Assembly (NCBI GenBank): GCA_041658325.1
Contig: JBBAAI010000001.1
Span: forward strand, 279,266-343,265
Reading direction: 5' to 3'
Source: Minisyncoccota bacterium
GTDB lineage: Bacteria; Patescibacteriota; Minisyncoccia; Phycocordibacterales; UBA9973
Length of the DNA stretch: 64,000 bases
Part shown: piece after piece, positions 29,473 through 37,332 of the stretch
How the letters are laid out: the number at the start of each line of letters is the position of its first letter
Numbering within the stretch: position 1 is the first letter of the stretch
Position numbers and translations under genes: made by a program
Notes under the pieces: model-generated
Seen by the model: the letters and a program-made list of their open reading frames with translations, nothing else
Told to the model about the DNA's origin: nothing
The model's database searches: none

Positions 29473-29937
29473 GTGAATGTAGATTATAAACCAGACAGAA
29501 TTCTAAAATGGAGTACTCTGTCCACTAGTAAAAAAATTATGATAAATGACGTAAAAAAGTATTATTTTAGCGAAGCTGTGGCAAAAGAAATAGGAGTTGA
29601 AGAAGCTATTATGTTTAGCAACATATTCTTTTGGGTTAATCACAACAAAAAGAAAAAGAGCGATTATCATTATTATCAAGGCAAGTATTGGATGTTTAAT
29701 ACTGTGCTTAAATTTAAGGAGCAATACTCTTTCTGGACAGTTGCAACAATTAGAAGAATTCTTAATAACCTCCAAAAGAATTCTTATATAGAAGCTGGAA
29801 GATTTAACAAGCATGGGTATGACAAAACCAAATGGTACACAGTTGCCGAAAAAGCCTTTGATGTTGTTGAGAACGACAAAGACTTTGTTGAAACCATTAA
29901 TTCGTTAAGCGAAGAACAGCCAACCAATACCAGATAA
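29473..29937 (+). CDS. Hypothetical protein (154 aa), possible HTH
   Basis: ORF with coding-like composition. Contains SEAVAKEIGVEEAIM, a possible HTH. Confidence 0.4.
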   Translation: MNVDYKPDRILKWSTLSTSKKIMINDVKKYYFSEAVAKEIGVEEAIMFSNIFFWVNHNKKKKSDYHYYQGKYWMFNTVLKFKEQYSFWTVATIRRILNNLQKNSYIEAGRFNKHGYDKTKWYTVAEKAFDVVENDKDFVETINSLSEEQPTNTR

Positions 29938-30008
29938 TATACACAAATAGTATACACATATAGTAATTGATATTATTCATCTCTCCTGCGGATAGATGAA
30001 CCCCCTAT

Positions 30009-30041
30009 AAGATTTATATTCTGAACAGGAATAAATATCTT
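30009..30041. promoter_or_regulatory. Imperfect 13-bp inverted repeat flanking a 7-bp core (AAGATTTATATTC-tgaacag-GAATAAATATCTT)
   Basis: Read directly from the sequence, ~290 bp upstream of the serine recombinase. This geometry is typical of serine-recombinase sites. Confidence 0.3.
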
Positions 30042-30326
30042 GGTTGGCCTAATACGATTATGGTGGTGCGAAGTTAAAACTATTTAGGTGGTTTTTTCCA
30101 ACAATGCGTCAAAAATAAATTAGAAATGATATAATGAAGGAGCTACACGAAAGGTTAATAAGCGAAATTAATTTTATGCCTAGAGAGGGGCAACGAGACC
30201 TTTTGTGTAGCTACAGAAAGTCGCTTCGTTGTCCCTCTTTCGGTATTACTAATAACACGCCTGAAGATGCATCGCTAGATTATTTGGCAAGTATTCTGGT
30301 TGGGGCATTCTTGGATAAAAAAGAAC

Positions 30327-31880
30327 ATGAACATAACCAATTACACAAATCAAAAGAAAGCAGTAATATATTGCCGAGTATCAACCAAAGAACAAGTTGA
30401 CGAAGGCAACAGTTTAAGTACCCAAGAGAAAATCTGTAGAGAATATTGTTTTAAAAATGAATATGATATTTTCCAAACTTTTCTTGAGCAAGGGGAAAGT
30501 GCAAAGACGGCAGACCGTACAGAGCTTCAAAAGCTTCTTGCCTTTTGTGCGGATAAAAAGAATCAAGTAAAAGCAGTAGTAATTTATAAACTGGATAGAT
30601 TGTCTCGCAATACAGATGATTATAGTCAACTTCGTCTTTTACTAAAAAGATATGGAGTGGAAATTAAATCTACATCAGAACATTTTGAAAATAACCCTGT
30701 AGGTCGTTTTATGGAGAATACTATGGCGAATATCGCACAATTTGATAATGACATCCGCTCTGAACGCTGTGCTGGTGGAATGAAAGATGCCATGCGTGAT
30801 GGTAGGTATGTGTGGATGGCTACGGTGGGATATGACAACGTAAAAATAGCAGGGAGGGCAACTATTGCACAAAACGAAATAATGGCTCCATTGATAAAGA
30901 AAACATTTGAACTTATCGCCTTAAATACTTATCCAACGGAAGAAGTTCGAAGAATGATAACAAAAGAGGGGTTGTTAAATCGTAAAGGAAATCCTTTTTC
31001 AAAGGGATATTTTTATAAAATGCTTACCAATGAACTTTTTGCAGGGTGGATTGTTAAGTTTGGAGAAAGGCATAAAGGTACTTCTTTTACACCGATTATC
31101 TCGGAAGAACTTTTTAACCAAGTACAAAGGATATTAAAAAGAAAGGGGAGAAAACATTCTGCTTATCTTACAGATAATCCAGATTTTCCACTTCGTAAGT
31201 TTATAAAAAATGATACAGGTAAAGTACTAACGGGTAGTTGGTCTAGCGGAAGAGATAGAAAATATCCTTTTTATCGTTTTGGTAACGACAAATCAAGTCT
31301 TAATAGAGATACTTTTGAAAAAGACTTTAAAGAATTTATGGATAGATATAAATTAGATGAGAAACATTATCAAAAACTTAAAATACTTGTCCGAGACAAT
31401 CTTACAAAAGCAACATCTGAGCAGAGGAAAGAAGCCGAGCAACTTCAAAAACATATTGATGAATTAAATGAAAAACAATCTGCAATCATTAAGAAGAATC
31501 TTGATGGGGTAATTAATGATAATGTTTTAAAACAACAGCTAGAGCTTATTGAAAATCAATTAACAGATGCAACAGCTTCTCTTTCTAACATTCCAAATAG
31601 TGATGCTGACTACGAAAAGATGCTTGATTTTATGGAAGAATATTTAAAACAACCAAGCAAGATATGGTCTGAAATAAAAAAGGTAGGGATAAAAATTAAA
31701 CTTCAATGGTTCCAATTTCCTTTAGGTTTGACGTTTGAAAATAAAATATTTGGAACCAAGGAAGTAGCTAGTGTTTTCAAAGTAAAAGACGCTTTTTCAG
31801 CGTCTTCGTACTCTAGGGTGGACCGTACAGGACTCGAACCTGCCACCCCCTCATTGCAAATGAGGTGCTCTACCAGATGA
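30327..31880 (+). CDS. Large serine recombinase (resolvase/invertase-type catalytic domain plus recombinase and coiled-coil domains)
   Basis: The catalytic motif AVIYCRVSTKEQ contains the nucleophile Ser. The resolvase core YKLDRLSRN is followed by a ~350-aa C-terminal extension with a coiled-coil. The last ~20 codons read antisense through tRNA-Ala. Confidence 0.85.
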   Translation: MNITNYTNQKKAVIYCRVSTKEQVDEGNSLSTQEKICREYCFKNEYDIFQTFLEQGESAKTADRTELQKLLAFCADKKNQVKAVVIYKLDRLSRNTDDYSQLRLLLKRYGVEIKSTSEHFENNPVGRFMENTMANIAQFDNDIRSERCAGGMKDAMRDGRYVWMATVGYDNVKIAGRATIAQNEIMAPLIKKTFELIALNTYPTEEVRRMITKEGLLNRKGNPFSKGYFYKMLTNELFAGWIVKFGERHKGTSFTPIISEELFNQVQRILKRKGRKHSAYLTDNPDFPLRKFIKNDTGKVLTGSWSSGRDRKYPFYRFGNDKSSLNRDTFEKDFKEFMDRYKLDEKHYQKLKILVRDNLTKATSEQRKEAEQLQKHIDELNEKQSAIIKKNLDGVINDNVLKQQLELIENQLTDATASLSNIPNSDADYEKMLDFMEEYLKQPSKIWSEIKKVGIKIKLQWFQFPLGLTFENKIFGTKEVASVFKVKDAFSASSYSRVDRTGLEPATPSLQMRCSTR

Positions 31881-31891
31881 GCTAACGGCCC
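31819..31891 (-). tRNA. tRNA-Ala (anticodon TGC)
   Basis: The cloverleaf was read by hand. The acceptor is GGGCCGT/ACGGTCC with the G3:U70 Ala identity pair. The anticodon loop is TTTGCAA and the T-loop is TTCGAGT. The discriminator is A. Confidence 0.85.
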
Positions 31892-31939
31892 ATATTATTT
31901 TTTCAATCCCGCTTTTCTTATCCTATGTTGCTTTTACGA

Positions 31940-31975
31940 GGCGCTACAAATGAACTAATGGCCCATATTTACCCA
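31940..31975 (-). pseudogene. Degenerate duplicate of the tRNA-Ala 5' half (D-arm and anticodon stem)
   Basis: gaggcgctacaaatgaactaatggcccatat aligns to the tRNA region gaggtgctctaccagatgagctaacggcccatat. It lies 48 bp outside the tRNA 5' end in the same orientation. Confidence 0.5.
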
Positions 31976-32043
31976 AAGATATTCTATCTTATTTTGCCAA
32001 TAATGCAAATTTTTTTATTATTTTTTAGTGTACAATAAGTAAC

Positions 32044-33072
32044 ATGCTTTATAAATTTTTTACTAATTCAGAAAGAGCTTGGCAGGCGATGTTTGAGAGT
32101 ATGAAGGGGGCTCAAGTATCAATATATTTAGAAATGTATATTTTTGTAGATGATATGCAAGAATTTAATTTTTTAAAATTATTGAAAGAAAAAGCAAAAA
32201 ATGGAGTTAAAGTAAAAATAATCTTAGATTCTTTTGGTAGTTCCGATTTAAGCAAAAAAGCAATCTTAGGCTTAAAAGATGCAGGAGCAGAAGTTTTCTT
32301 TTTTAGTAACTTTTTACATCGAACGCATCGCAAAATCCTTATAGTAGATGAAAAGGTGGCATTCATAGGAGGAGTTAATTTTCGACAAAATATGAATAAA
32401 TGGAGAGATCTAGTAATAAGGGTGGGAGGTCGTTTGGTTAAAAGTGCTATTCGTTCTTTTGCTAAGGCTTATATTGTTTCTGGTGGTAAAGACCAATCTT
32501 TGATTGTATTGAATAAGGAGGTTGTTTCTTCAAGGGCTAGAGCTTGGCTTATAGAGCATTTTCCAATTAGTAAAAAATTTCGTTTAAAAAAAATTTACAA
32601 AGAAGCACTTAGAAATGCGGGGGAAAGTGTTTTTTTAATTAGTCCGTATTTTATCCCTAAATATTGGCTTATGCGAGCGATGCATCGAGCTGTGTTGCGG
32701 GGAATAAAAGTCGAAGTATTTATTCCCAAAATTACTGATAATTTTTTTGTTGATCGGGTAAATTATTTTTTTATATATAAAATGTCTAAACTTGGAGTAA
32801 ATTTTTATCTTGGTTCCAAAATGAATCATGCTAAAGCGTTGATCGTAGATGAAAAGGAGGGGATGGTGGGAAGTAATAATTTAGATCGTCTTTCTTTTGA
32901 ATTTAATTCTGAAATTGGAGTTTTTATAAAAGATGAGAAAGCCGTTCAGGAACTTTTAATAATTGTTAATCAATGGAAAAATGAATCTACTCTGTTTGAT
33001 TTAAAACAATACAGGCCTAGATGGATTGATTATTTACTATCACCTGTTATTTATTTATTGTTTTTTCTTTAA
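32044..33072 (+). CDS. Phospholipase D-superfamily protein with two HKD motifs (cardiolipin synthase/PLD-like)
   Basis: HKD motifs HRKILIVDEKVAFIGGVNF and NHAKALIVDEKEGMVGSNNLD. It lies between tRNA-Ala and tRNA-Asn. Confidence 0.7.
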   Translation: MLYKFFTNSERAWQAMFESMKGAQVSIYLEMYIFVDDMQEFNFLKLLKEKAKNGVKVKIILDSFGSSDLSKKAILGLKDAGAEVFFFSNFLHRTHRKILIVDEKVAFIGGVNFRQNMNKWRDLVIRVGGRLVKSAIRSFAKAYIVSGGKDQSLIVLNKEVVSSRARAWLIEHFPISKKFRLKKIYKEALRNAGESVFLISPYFIPKYWLMRAMHRAVLRGIKVEVFIPKITDNFFVDRVNYFFIYKMSKLGVNFYLGSKMNHAKALIVDEKEGMVGSNNLDRLSFEFNSEIGVFIKDEKAVQELLIIVNQWKNESTLFDLKQYRPRWIDYLLSPVIYLLFFL

Positions 33073-33095
33073 TTTCTGATAATATAAGAATAAAT

Positions 33096-33170
33096 TCCGG
33101 GGTAGCTCAGCGGTAGAGCGGTCGCCTGTTAAGCGATTGGTCGTAGGTTCGATCCCTACCCCCGGAGCCA
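33096..33170 (+). tRNA. tRNA-Asn (anticodon GTT), CCA encoded
   Basis: The cloverleaf was read by hand. The acceptor is TCCGGGG/CCCCGGA. The anticodon loop is CTGTTAA and the T-loop is TTCGATC. A terminal CCA is present. Confidence 0.85.
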
Positions 33171-33227
33171 GTGTCTTTGTGCTACAATAATTATTGTAGT
33201 AATTTATGGAATAGCTTAGAATTTTTT

Positions 33228-33743
33228 ATGAAAATATTTCACAAACTCTCCTCAATTTTATATTTTAGAAATTTTGTTTTTGGAGTAGAGGACAGTCTTG
33301 TCTCTACGGTTGGGTTGTTGTCGGGAATAGCAGTTGCCGACGTTCCCAGACAAACCATTTTACTTACCGGCGGAGTATTAATCTTCGTTGAGGCTGTTTC
33401 TATGGCGGCCGGTAGTTTTTTGTCTGAATATTCAGCCGAGGAATACGCAAGCCAAAGCGAAAAAATAACAAGAAGCACCCTGGTTTCAAGCGCAATCATG
33501 TTTTTCTCTTATTTTATTTCTGGTTTGATCGTTTTGTTTCCGTACATGGTTTTTGTGGTTCCCGAAGCGCTTAAGATGTCTATAGTATTGTCGATATTTT
33601 TTCTTTTTCTTCTTGGCGCGGTAGGGGCAAGAATTTCCAGAATTGGTATTTTAAAAAATGGCTTAAGAATGGCCATCATTGGTGGAATGGCAATAATTGT
33701 TGGAATTGTGGCGGGTAGTTGGCTTTCTAGCTTAAATAGATAA
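33228..33743 (+). CDS. VIT1/CCC1-family (DUF125) iron/manganese transporter
   Basis: The motif RNFVFGVEDSLVSTVGLLSGIA matches the VIT-family signature. Five TM helices are predicted. I chose the ATG at 33228 to avoid overlapping the tRNA. Confidence 0.7.
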   Translation: MKIFHKLSSILYFRNFVFGVEDSLVSTVGLLSGIAVADVPRQTILLTGGVLIFVEAVSMAAGSFLSEYSAEEYASQSEKITRSTLVSSAIMFFSYFISGLIVLFPYMVFVVPEALKMSIVLSIFFLFLLGAVGARISRIGILKNGLRMAIIGGMAIIVGIVAGSWLSSLNR

Positions 33744-33775
33744 TATATATAAAACTAAAAATTATATTTTCTCTT

Positions 33776-34210
33776 TTAGATTTTTTCTAAAACAATCGTA
33801 AGATTTTTTATCTGGCCCTCTTGTACGCTCACTTTCTGTCCTGGTTGAATTTTATAACCAGAAGGAAAACGATTCATGTTGAAATAAACATAGTAATCAC
33901 CAGGCGCAAGTTCAAAATTTGCTGTTCCGTTGACGTTGGCTTCTTTAACCCCCCAACTTTCCGGTGGTCCCGGTCGAACTCCGACATCAATTTCAATCCC
34001 TACCATTGGTTGATTGCTAGAATTCTTAACCGTTACTTCTAATATTCCTTTTCCACTCGGAATACTAGTGATTTTTGTACTATCATTTTCCTGATTGCCA
34101 ACAGTGGGATTACCTTGATTACTACTTGAAAAATTTTGCAATGGAACAAAGTTGCCCAGTAAATATCCAACAACCAAAAAAACGATAACGATTATTGATG
34201 TTTTAACCAT
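33776..34210 (-). CDS. Secreted protein with carboxypeptidase-regulatory-like (Ig-like beta-sandwich) domain
   Basis: A signal/TM helix is followed by GILEVTVKNSSNQPMVGIEIDV...GDYYVYFNMN, a beta-sandwich pattern. Confidence 0.4.
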   Translation of the reverse strand: MVKTSIIVIVFLVVGYLLGNFVPLQNFSSSNQGNPTVGNQENDSTKITSIPSGKGILEVTVKNSSNQPMVGIEIDVGVRPGPPESWGVKEANVNGTANFELAPGDYYVYFNMNRFPSGYKIQPGQKVSVQEGQIKNLTIVLEKI

Positions 34211-34362
34211 ATATTATATTCTTATGTATTACTATTAATTACTTATATTATACCTCTTCACTAGTCGGAAACAAGTTTTTATGCTTTCCAGCTAGTGGGG
34301 TAAATATATCGCATTGTGATATAATATAATGATAGTTTTATTATTAATTTGATATAAAAAAT

Positions 34363-35235
34363 ATGATTACAAAAAATTTTTTATGGTTATCTGCCTTTGT
34401 CTTTCTTGTAATTGGTTTTTTCGCCGGTCAGTATTTTGGTATTATCCCAGTCTTCGCTAGTGATAATGATCAAGATGGAATAATCGATTCGAAAGATGTT
34501 GATGACGACAATGATACTATTTTTGATGTGGATGATAAACAGCCATTTGATCACGACAATGACGGGATAGAAGATGACGCCGATGACAGTGATGGTAGTG
34601 AGGTTAAGGTGACAGAAGATAAAAAAGATGACGGAGATAATGAAGAGAAAGTAGACGATATAGGAGCAGTATCTTCAATTTCTGTTTCTGGAAAAGAAAG
34701 TTCTGTGATTTGGTCAGTAGTAGGGTATTCAAAAAATGGATTTAAGATTATTTGGTCAAAAAGTAGCAAGCCGACATACCCTACAGGAGAAAAAGATAAA
34801 TATATTTATTTGTCTGATCCAAAAAGTAGAACCGCCAGCTTAGATGCTTTTAATGGTCCTGGTACATATTATGTGAGGGTGTGTGAATATCTCGGTAGTG
34901 TGTGTGGAGTTTATTCAAACGAGATACGTGTTTCTTTAGGTGATAGCAACGATTCTAAACCCGTTTCTTCAATTTCTGTTACTGGAAGCGGTAGTTCTGT
35001 AGCTTGGTCAGTGGATGGGTATTCAAAAAATGGATTCAAGATTGTTTGGTCAAAGAATAGTCAACCAACCTATCCTACTAGAGAAGGAGATAAATACATA
35101 TATTTATCAGAACCAAACAGTAGAAATACAAGCTTAGATGCATTTAGTGGATCTGGTATGTACTATGTAAGAGTGTGTGAATATCTTGGTGGTGCATGTG
35201 GGGTTTATTCAAATCAAATACAAGTTTCTTTATAA
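34363..35235 (+). CDS. Membrane-anchored protein with Asp-rich Ca-binding-like segment and two tandem ~95-aa repeat domains
   Basis: An N-terminal TM helix is followed by DNDQDGIIDSKDVDDDNDTIFDVDD (thrombospondin-type-3-like). The duplicated domain SSISV(S/T)G..S(V/A).WSV.GYSKNGFKI.WSK...PTYPT...DKYIYLS...YYVRVCEYLG..CGVYSN occurs twice. The DNA-level repeat is ~34670-34950 vs ~34965-35235. Confidence 0.55.
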   Translation: MITKNFLWLSAFVFLVIGFFAGQYFGIIPVFASDNDQDGIIDSKDVDDDNDTIFDVDDKQPFDHDNDGIEDDADDSDGSEVKVTEDKKDDGDNEEKVDDIGAVSSISVSGKESSVIWSVVGYSKNGFKIIWSKSSKPTYPTGEKDKYIYLSDPKSRTASLDAFNGPGTYYVRVCEYLGSVCGVYSNEIRVSLGDSNDSKPVSSISVTGSGSSVAWSVDGYSKNGFKIVWSKNSQPTYPTREGDKYIYLSEPNSRNTSLDAFSGSGMYYVRVCEYLGGACGVYSNQIQVSL

Positions 35236-35253
35236 ATTTAATTTTAAAAAACT

Positions 35254-35442
35254 ATGCAAATTTTTAGAGATTGGACTTTTAAGTGGTGGGAGATAGCTCT
35301 GATAAAGATTTGTCTTCTTTCCTTGGGTATTTTATTGGGTTTATATTTTTATGATTTTTTAGTAAGTCTCTTGCAACTTTGGTGGGTATTGTTTGTGGTG
35401 ACCGCGGTCTATTTTGTTACTAGATTTATATCTGGAAAATAA
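35254..35442 (+). CDS. Small hypothetical membrane protein (62 aa)
   Basis: ORF with two hydrophobic helices. Confidence 0.3.
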   Translation: MQIFRDWTFKWWEIALIKICLLSLGILLGLYFYDFLVSLLQLWWVLFVVTAVYFVTRFISGK

Positions 35443-35507
35443 AATTAATTAAATTGTATGTTACAATGAGGGCGTCGAGGATTATTATCTTAATTTTGTA
35501 AATTTTT

Positions 35508-35867
35508 ATGGAAGAAAAAAACGATGTAAACGTCAGTGGCAATTCTAGCCCTTCTAGTAAAAAGGGGAATCAAACTATTATGGGGGTGCTCGCATATCTT
35601 GGTATTTTGATTCTAGTTCCATTTTTCATGGCGAAAGAAAATCCTTTTGTTAAATTCCACATCAAGCAAGGTTTAGTATTGGTAGTAATTGAGTTAATAA
35701 TCTGGGCACTTCGTCCGATGTTTTGGTCATATCCCATGTCTTCATTTATACAAATTCTAGATCTTGCCATTATCATTTTTATTATTATGGGTATTATAAA
35801 TGTTGTGCAAGGGCGAGAGAAAGAGCTTCCTTTGATTGGACAGTTTTCTCGCTACTTTTCTTTTTAA
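35508..35867 (+). CDS. DUF4870-like membrane protein
   Basis: GVLAYLGILILVPFFMAKENPFVKFHIKQGLVLVV matches the DUF4870 pattern (FxxFHxxQGL). Confidence 0.45.
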   Translation: MEEKNDVNVSGNSSPSSKKGNQTIMGVLAYLGILILVPFFMAKENPFVKFHIKQGLVLVVIELIIWALRPMFWSYPMSSFIQILDLAIIIFIIMGIINVVQGREKELPLIGQFSRYFSF

Positions 35868-35876
35868 GAAAAAGGA

Positions 35877-36467
35877 TTGTTGACAATCGTTGACATGAAA
35901 AAAATACTTGAATATAAAAGTTTGTTTTTGATAGTTTTAGTTATCTTGAGTTTTACCTCAATTATATTTTTAATTAGAGGAGATGAAGATACTTGGATTT
36001 GTGAGAATGGGCAATGGATAAAACACGGGAATCCAGATATTCCAATGCCAAGTAATGGTTGTGTAAAAGACAATAAAGACACTAGAAGAATTTCTCTCTA
36101 TTTTTATAATTCGAAGCAAGATAAAGATATTTTATGTAGTCCAGATGCTGTTTTGCCCGTTGAAAGAGAAATTCTTTTAAGTCAAACACCTATTCAAGAT
36201 GCAGTTAATTTATTACTCGAGGGAAAGATAACTCAAGAAGAAAAAGAAGCAGGATTTTCTTCAGAATTTCCATTAGAGGGAATAAAATTAATTGGAGCAA
36301 ATTTAAAAGATGGGATGCTTACCTTGGAGTTTAATGATCCACTTTTTAAAACCATAGGTGGTTCTTGTCGTGTTGGTTTGCTTTGGAATCAAATTGCAAA
36401 AACAGCCAAACAGTTTGAGGGAGTGAATGAAGTTGGATTTTTTCCAGAAGATCTTTTTCAACCGTAA
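35877..36467 (+). CDS. Membrane-anchored GerMN-like domain protein
   Basis: An N-terminal TM helix is followed by a C-terminal region (LEGIKLIGANLKDGMLTLEFNDPL...GGSCRVGLLWNQI) that resembles the GerMN domain. Confidence 0.35.
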   Translation: MLTIVDMKKILEYKSLFLIVLVILSFTSIIFLIRGDEDTWICENGQWIKHGNPDIPMPSNGCVKDNKDTRRISLYFYNSKQDKDILCSPDAVLPVEREILLSQTPIQDAVNLLLEGKITQEEKEAGFSSEFPLEGIKLIGANLKDGMLTLEFNDPLFKTIGGSCRVGLLWNQIAKTAKQFEGVNEVGFFPEDLFQP

Positions 36468-36503
36468 TTTTTTTATTGTTTATGTTATAATTTATCGAAA
36501 GAT

Positions 36504-37280
36504 ATGAAAAAATATATTATAATATTGCCTATTTTATTCGCTTTAATAATTTCTTCTATAGTTTTTTATTATAGGTTTGATCCCTCTTTACTCACTAAAC
36601 TTTCTTTTTATGCAAGTTTAGCAAATCCATCCATGCGTATCGTAAGAGTAGAAGAAGGATTACGTAAAGAAGAAGTGGCTCAAATTTTAGAAAATAAACT
36701 TGATTGGAGCGAAAAAGACAGGATAGATTTTATAAATAGTACTAAAGTAGAGGGGCATTATTTTCCTAAAACTTATTTAATATATAAAGATGAAGAACCA
36801 TCGGTAGTTAGTGCTACTATGCTTGATGAATTTTCAGCACAAGTAAGCAAAGTTAAAAAACCAAAATCAAAACAAATAGTGAATGAAGATACAGCCATAA
36901 AGATCGCTTCAATTATCCAAAGAGAAGCTGGAGGAAAGAGCGATATGGCTTTGATCTCAGGAATTATTTGGAATCGTATTTTTAATGGAATGAAATTACA
37001 AGTAGATGCAACCTTGCAATATGCTAAAGGTAACGAAGAAGATGGTTGGTGGGGAGAAGTAAACCCGGAAGATAAAAAAATAAAATCCTCTTTTAATACA
37101 TATTTACACGAAGGTCTTCCTCCTGGAGCTATCGCCAATCCAGGGATAGCTGCTATCAATGCTGCCTACAATCCTCAAAAAACAAGTTGCTTATTTTATT
37201 TGCACGATAAAAAAAGAAGAATCCATTGCGCTAAAACTTACGAGGAACATAAAAAAAATATTGAAATTTATTTAAAATAA
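36504..37280 (+). CDS. mltG: Endolytic murein transglycosylase MltG (YceG family)
   Basis: An N-terminal TM helix is followed by the YceG core ASIIQREAGG...IWNRIFNGMKLQVDATLQY. Confidence 0.8.
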   Translation: MKKYIIILPILFALIISSIVFYYRFDPSLLTKLSFYASLANPSMRIVRVEEGLRKEEVAQILENKLDWSEKDRIDFINSTKVEGHYFPKTYLIYKDEEPSVVSATMLDEFSAQVSKVKKPKSKQIVNEDTAIKIASIIQREAGGKSDMALISGIIWNRIFNGMKLQVDATLQYAKGNEEDGWWGEVNPEDKKIKSSFNTYLHEGLPPGAIANPGIAAINAAYNPQKTSCLFYLHDKKRRIHCAKTYEEHKKNIEIYLK

Positions 37281-37308
37281 AAAAACGGCGGTCCCAAAGG
37301 GCCGCCGT
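37279..37308 (-). terminator. Rho-independent terminator for the minus-strand GC-rich gene
   Basis: The hairpin acggcgg(t)ccc-aaa-gggccgccgt has a U-tract on the minus strand. Confidence 0.45.
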
Positions 37309-37332
37309 ACTCGCTTCGCGAGTTGATGATTT

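Larger units (their letters stand above)
24423..31891. mobile_element. Putative integrated element or prophage remnant next to tRNA-Ala
   Basis: A serine recombinase overlaps the tRNA 3' end and a tRNA fragment duplicate is nearby. Cargo includes a CI/LexA-like repressor, DUF3892, DUF3761, a wHTH protein and many small secreted ORFs. The left boundary is not defined by the sequence. The core rnpB at 23167-23468 sets the outer limit. Confidence 0.35.

Noticed and set aside
30134-30400. 88-aa ORF overlapping the recombinase start, considered as a frameshifted N-terminal piece of the recombinase
   Set aside because: The recombinase catalytic domain is complete from its own ATG at 30327 (the motif YCRVSTKEQ begins at residue 15). 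The upstream ORF has no resolvase similarity and is in another frame.
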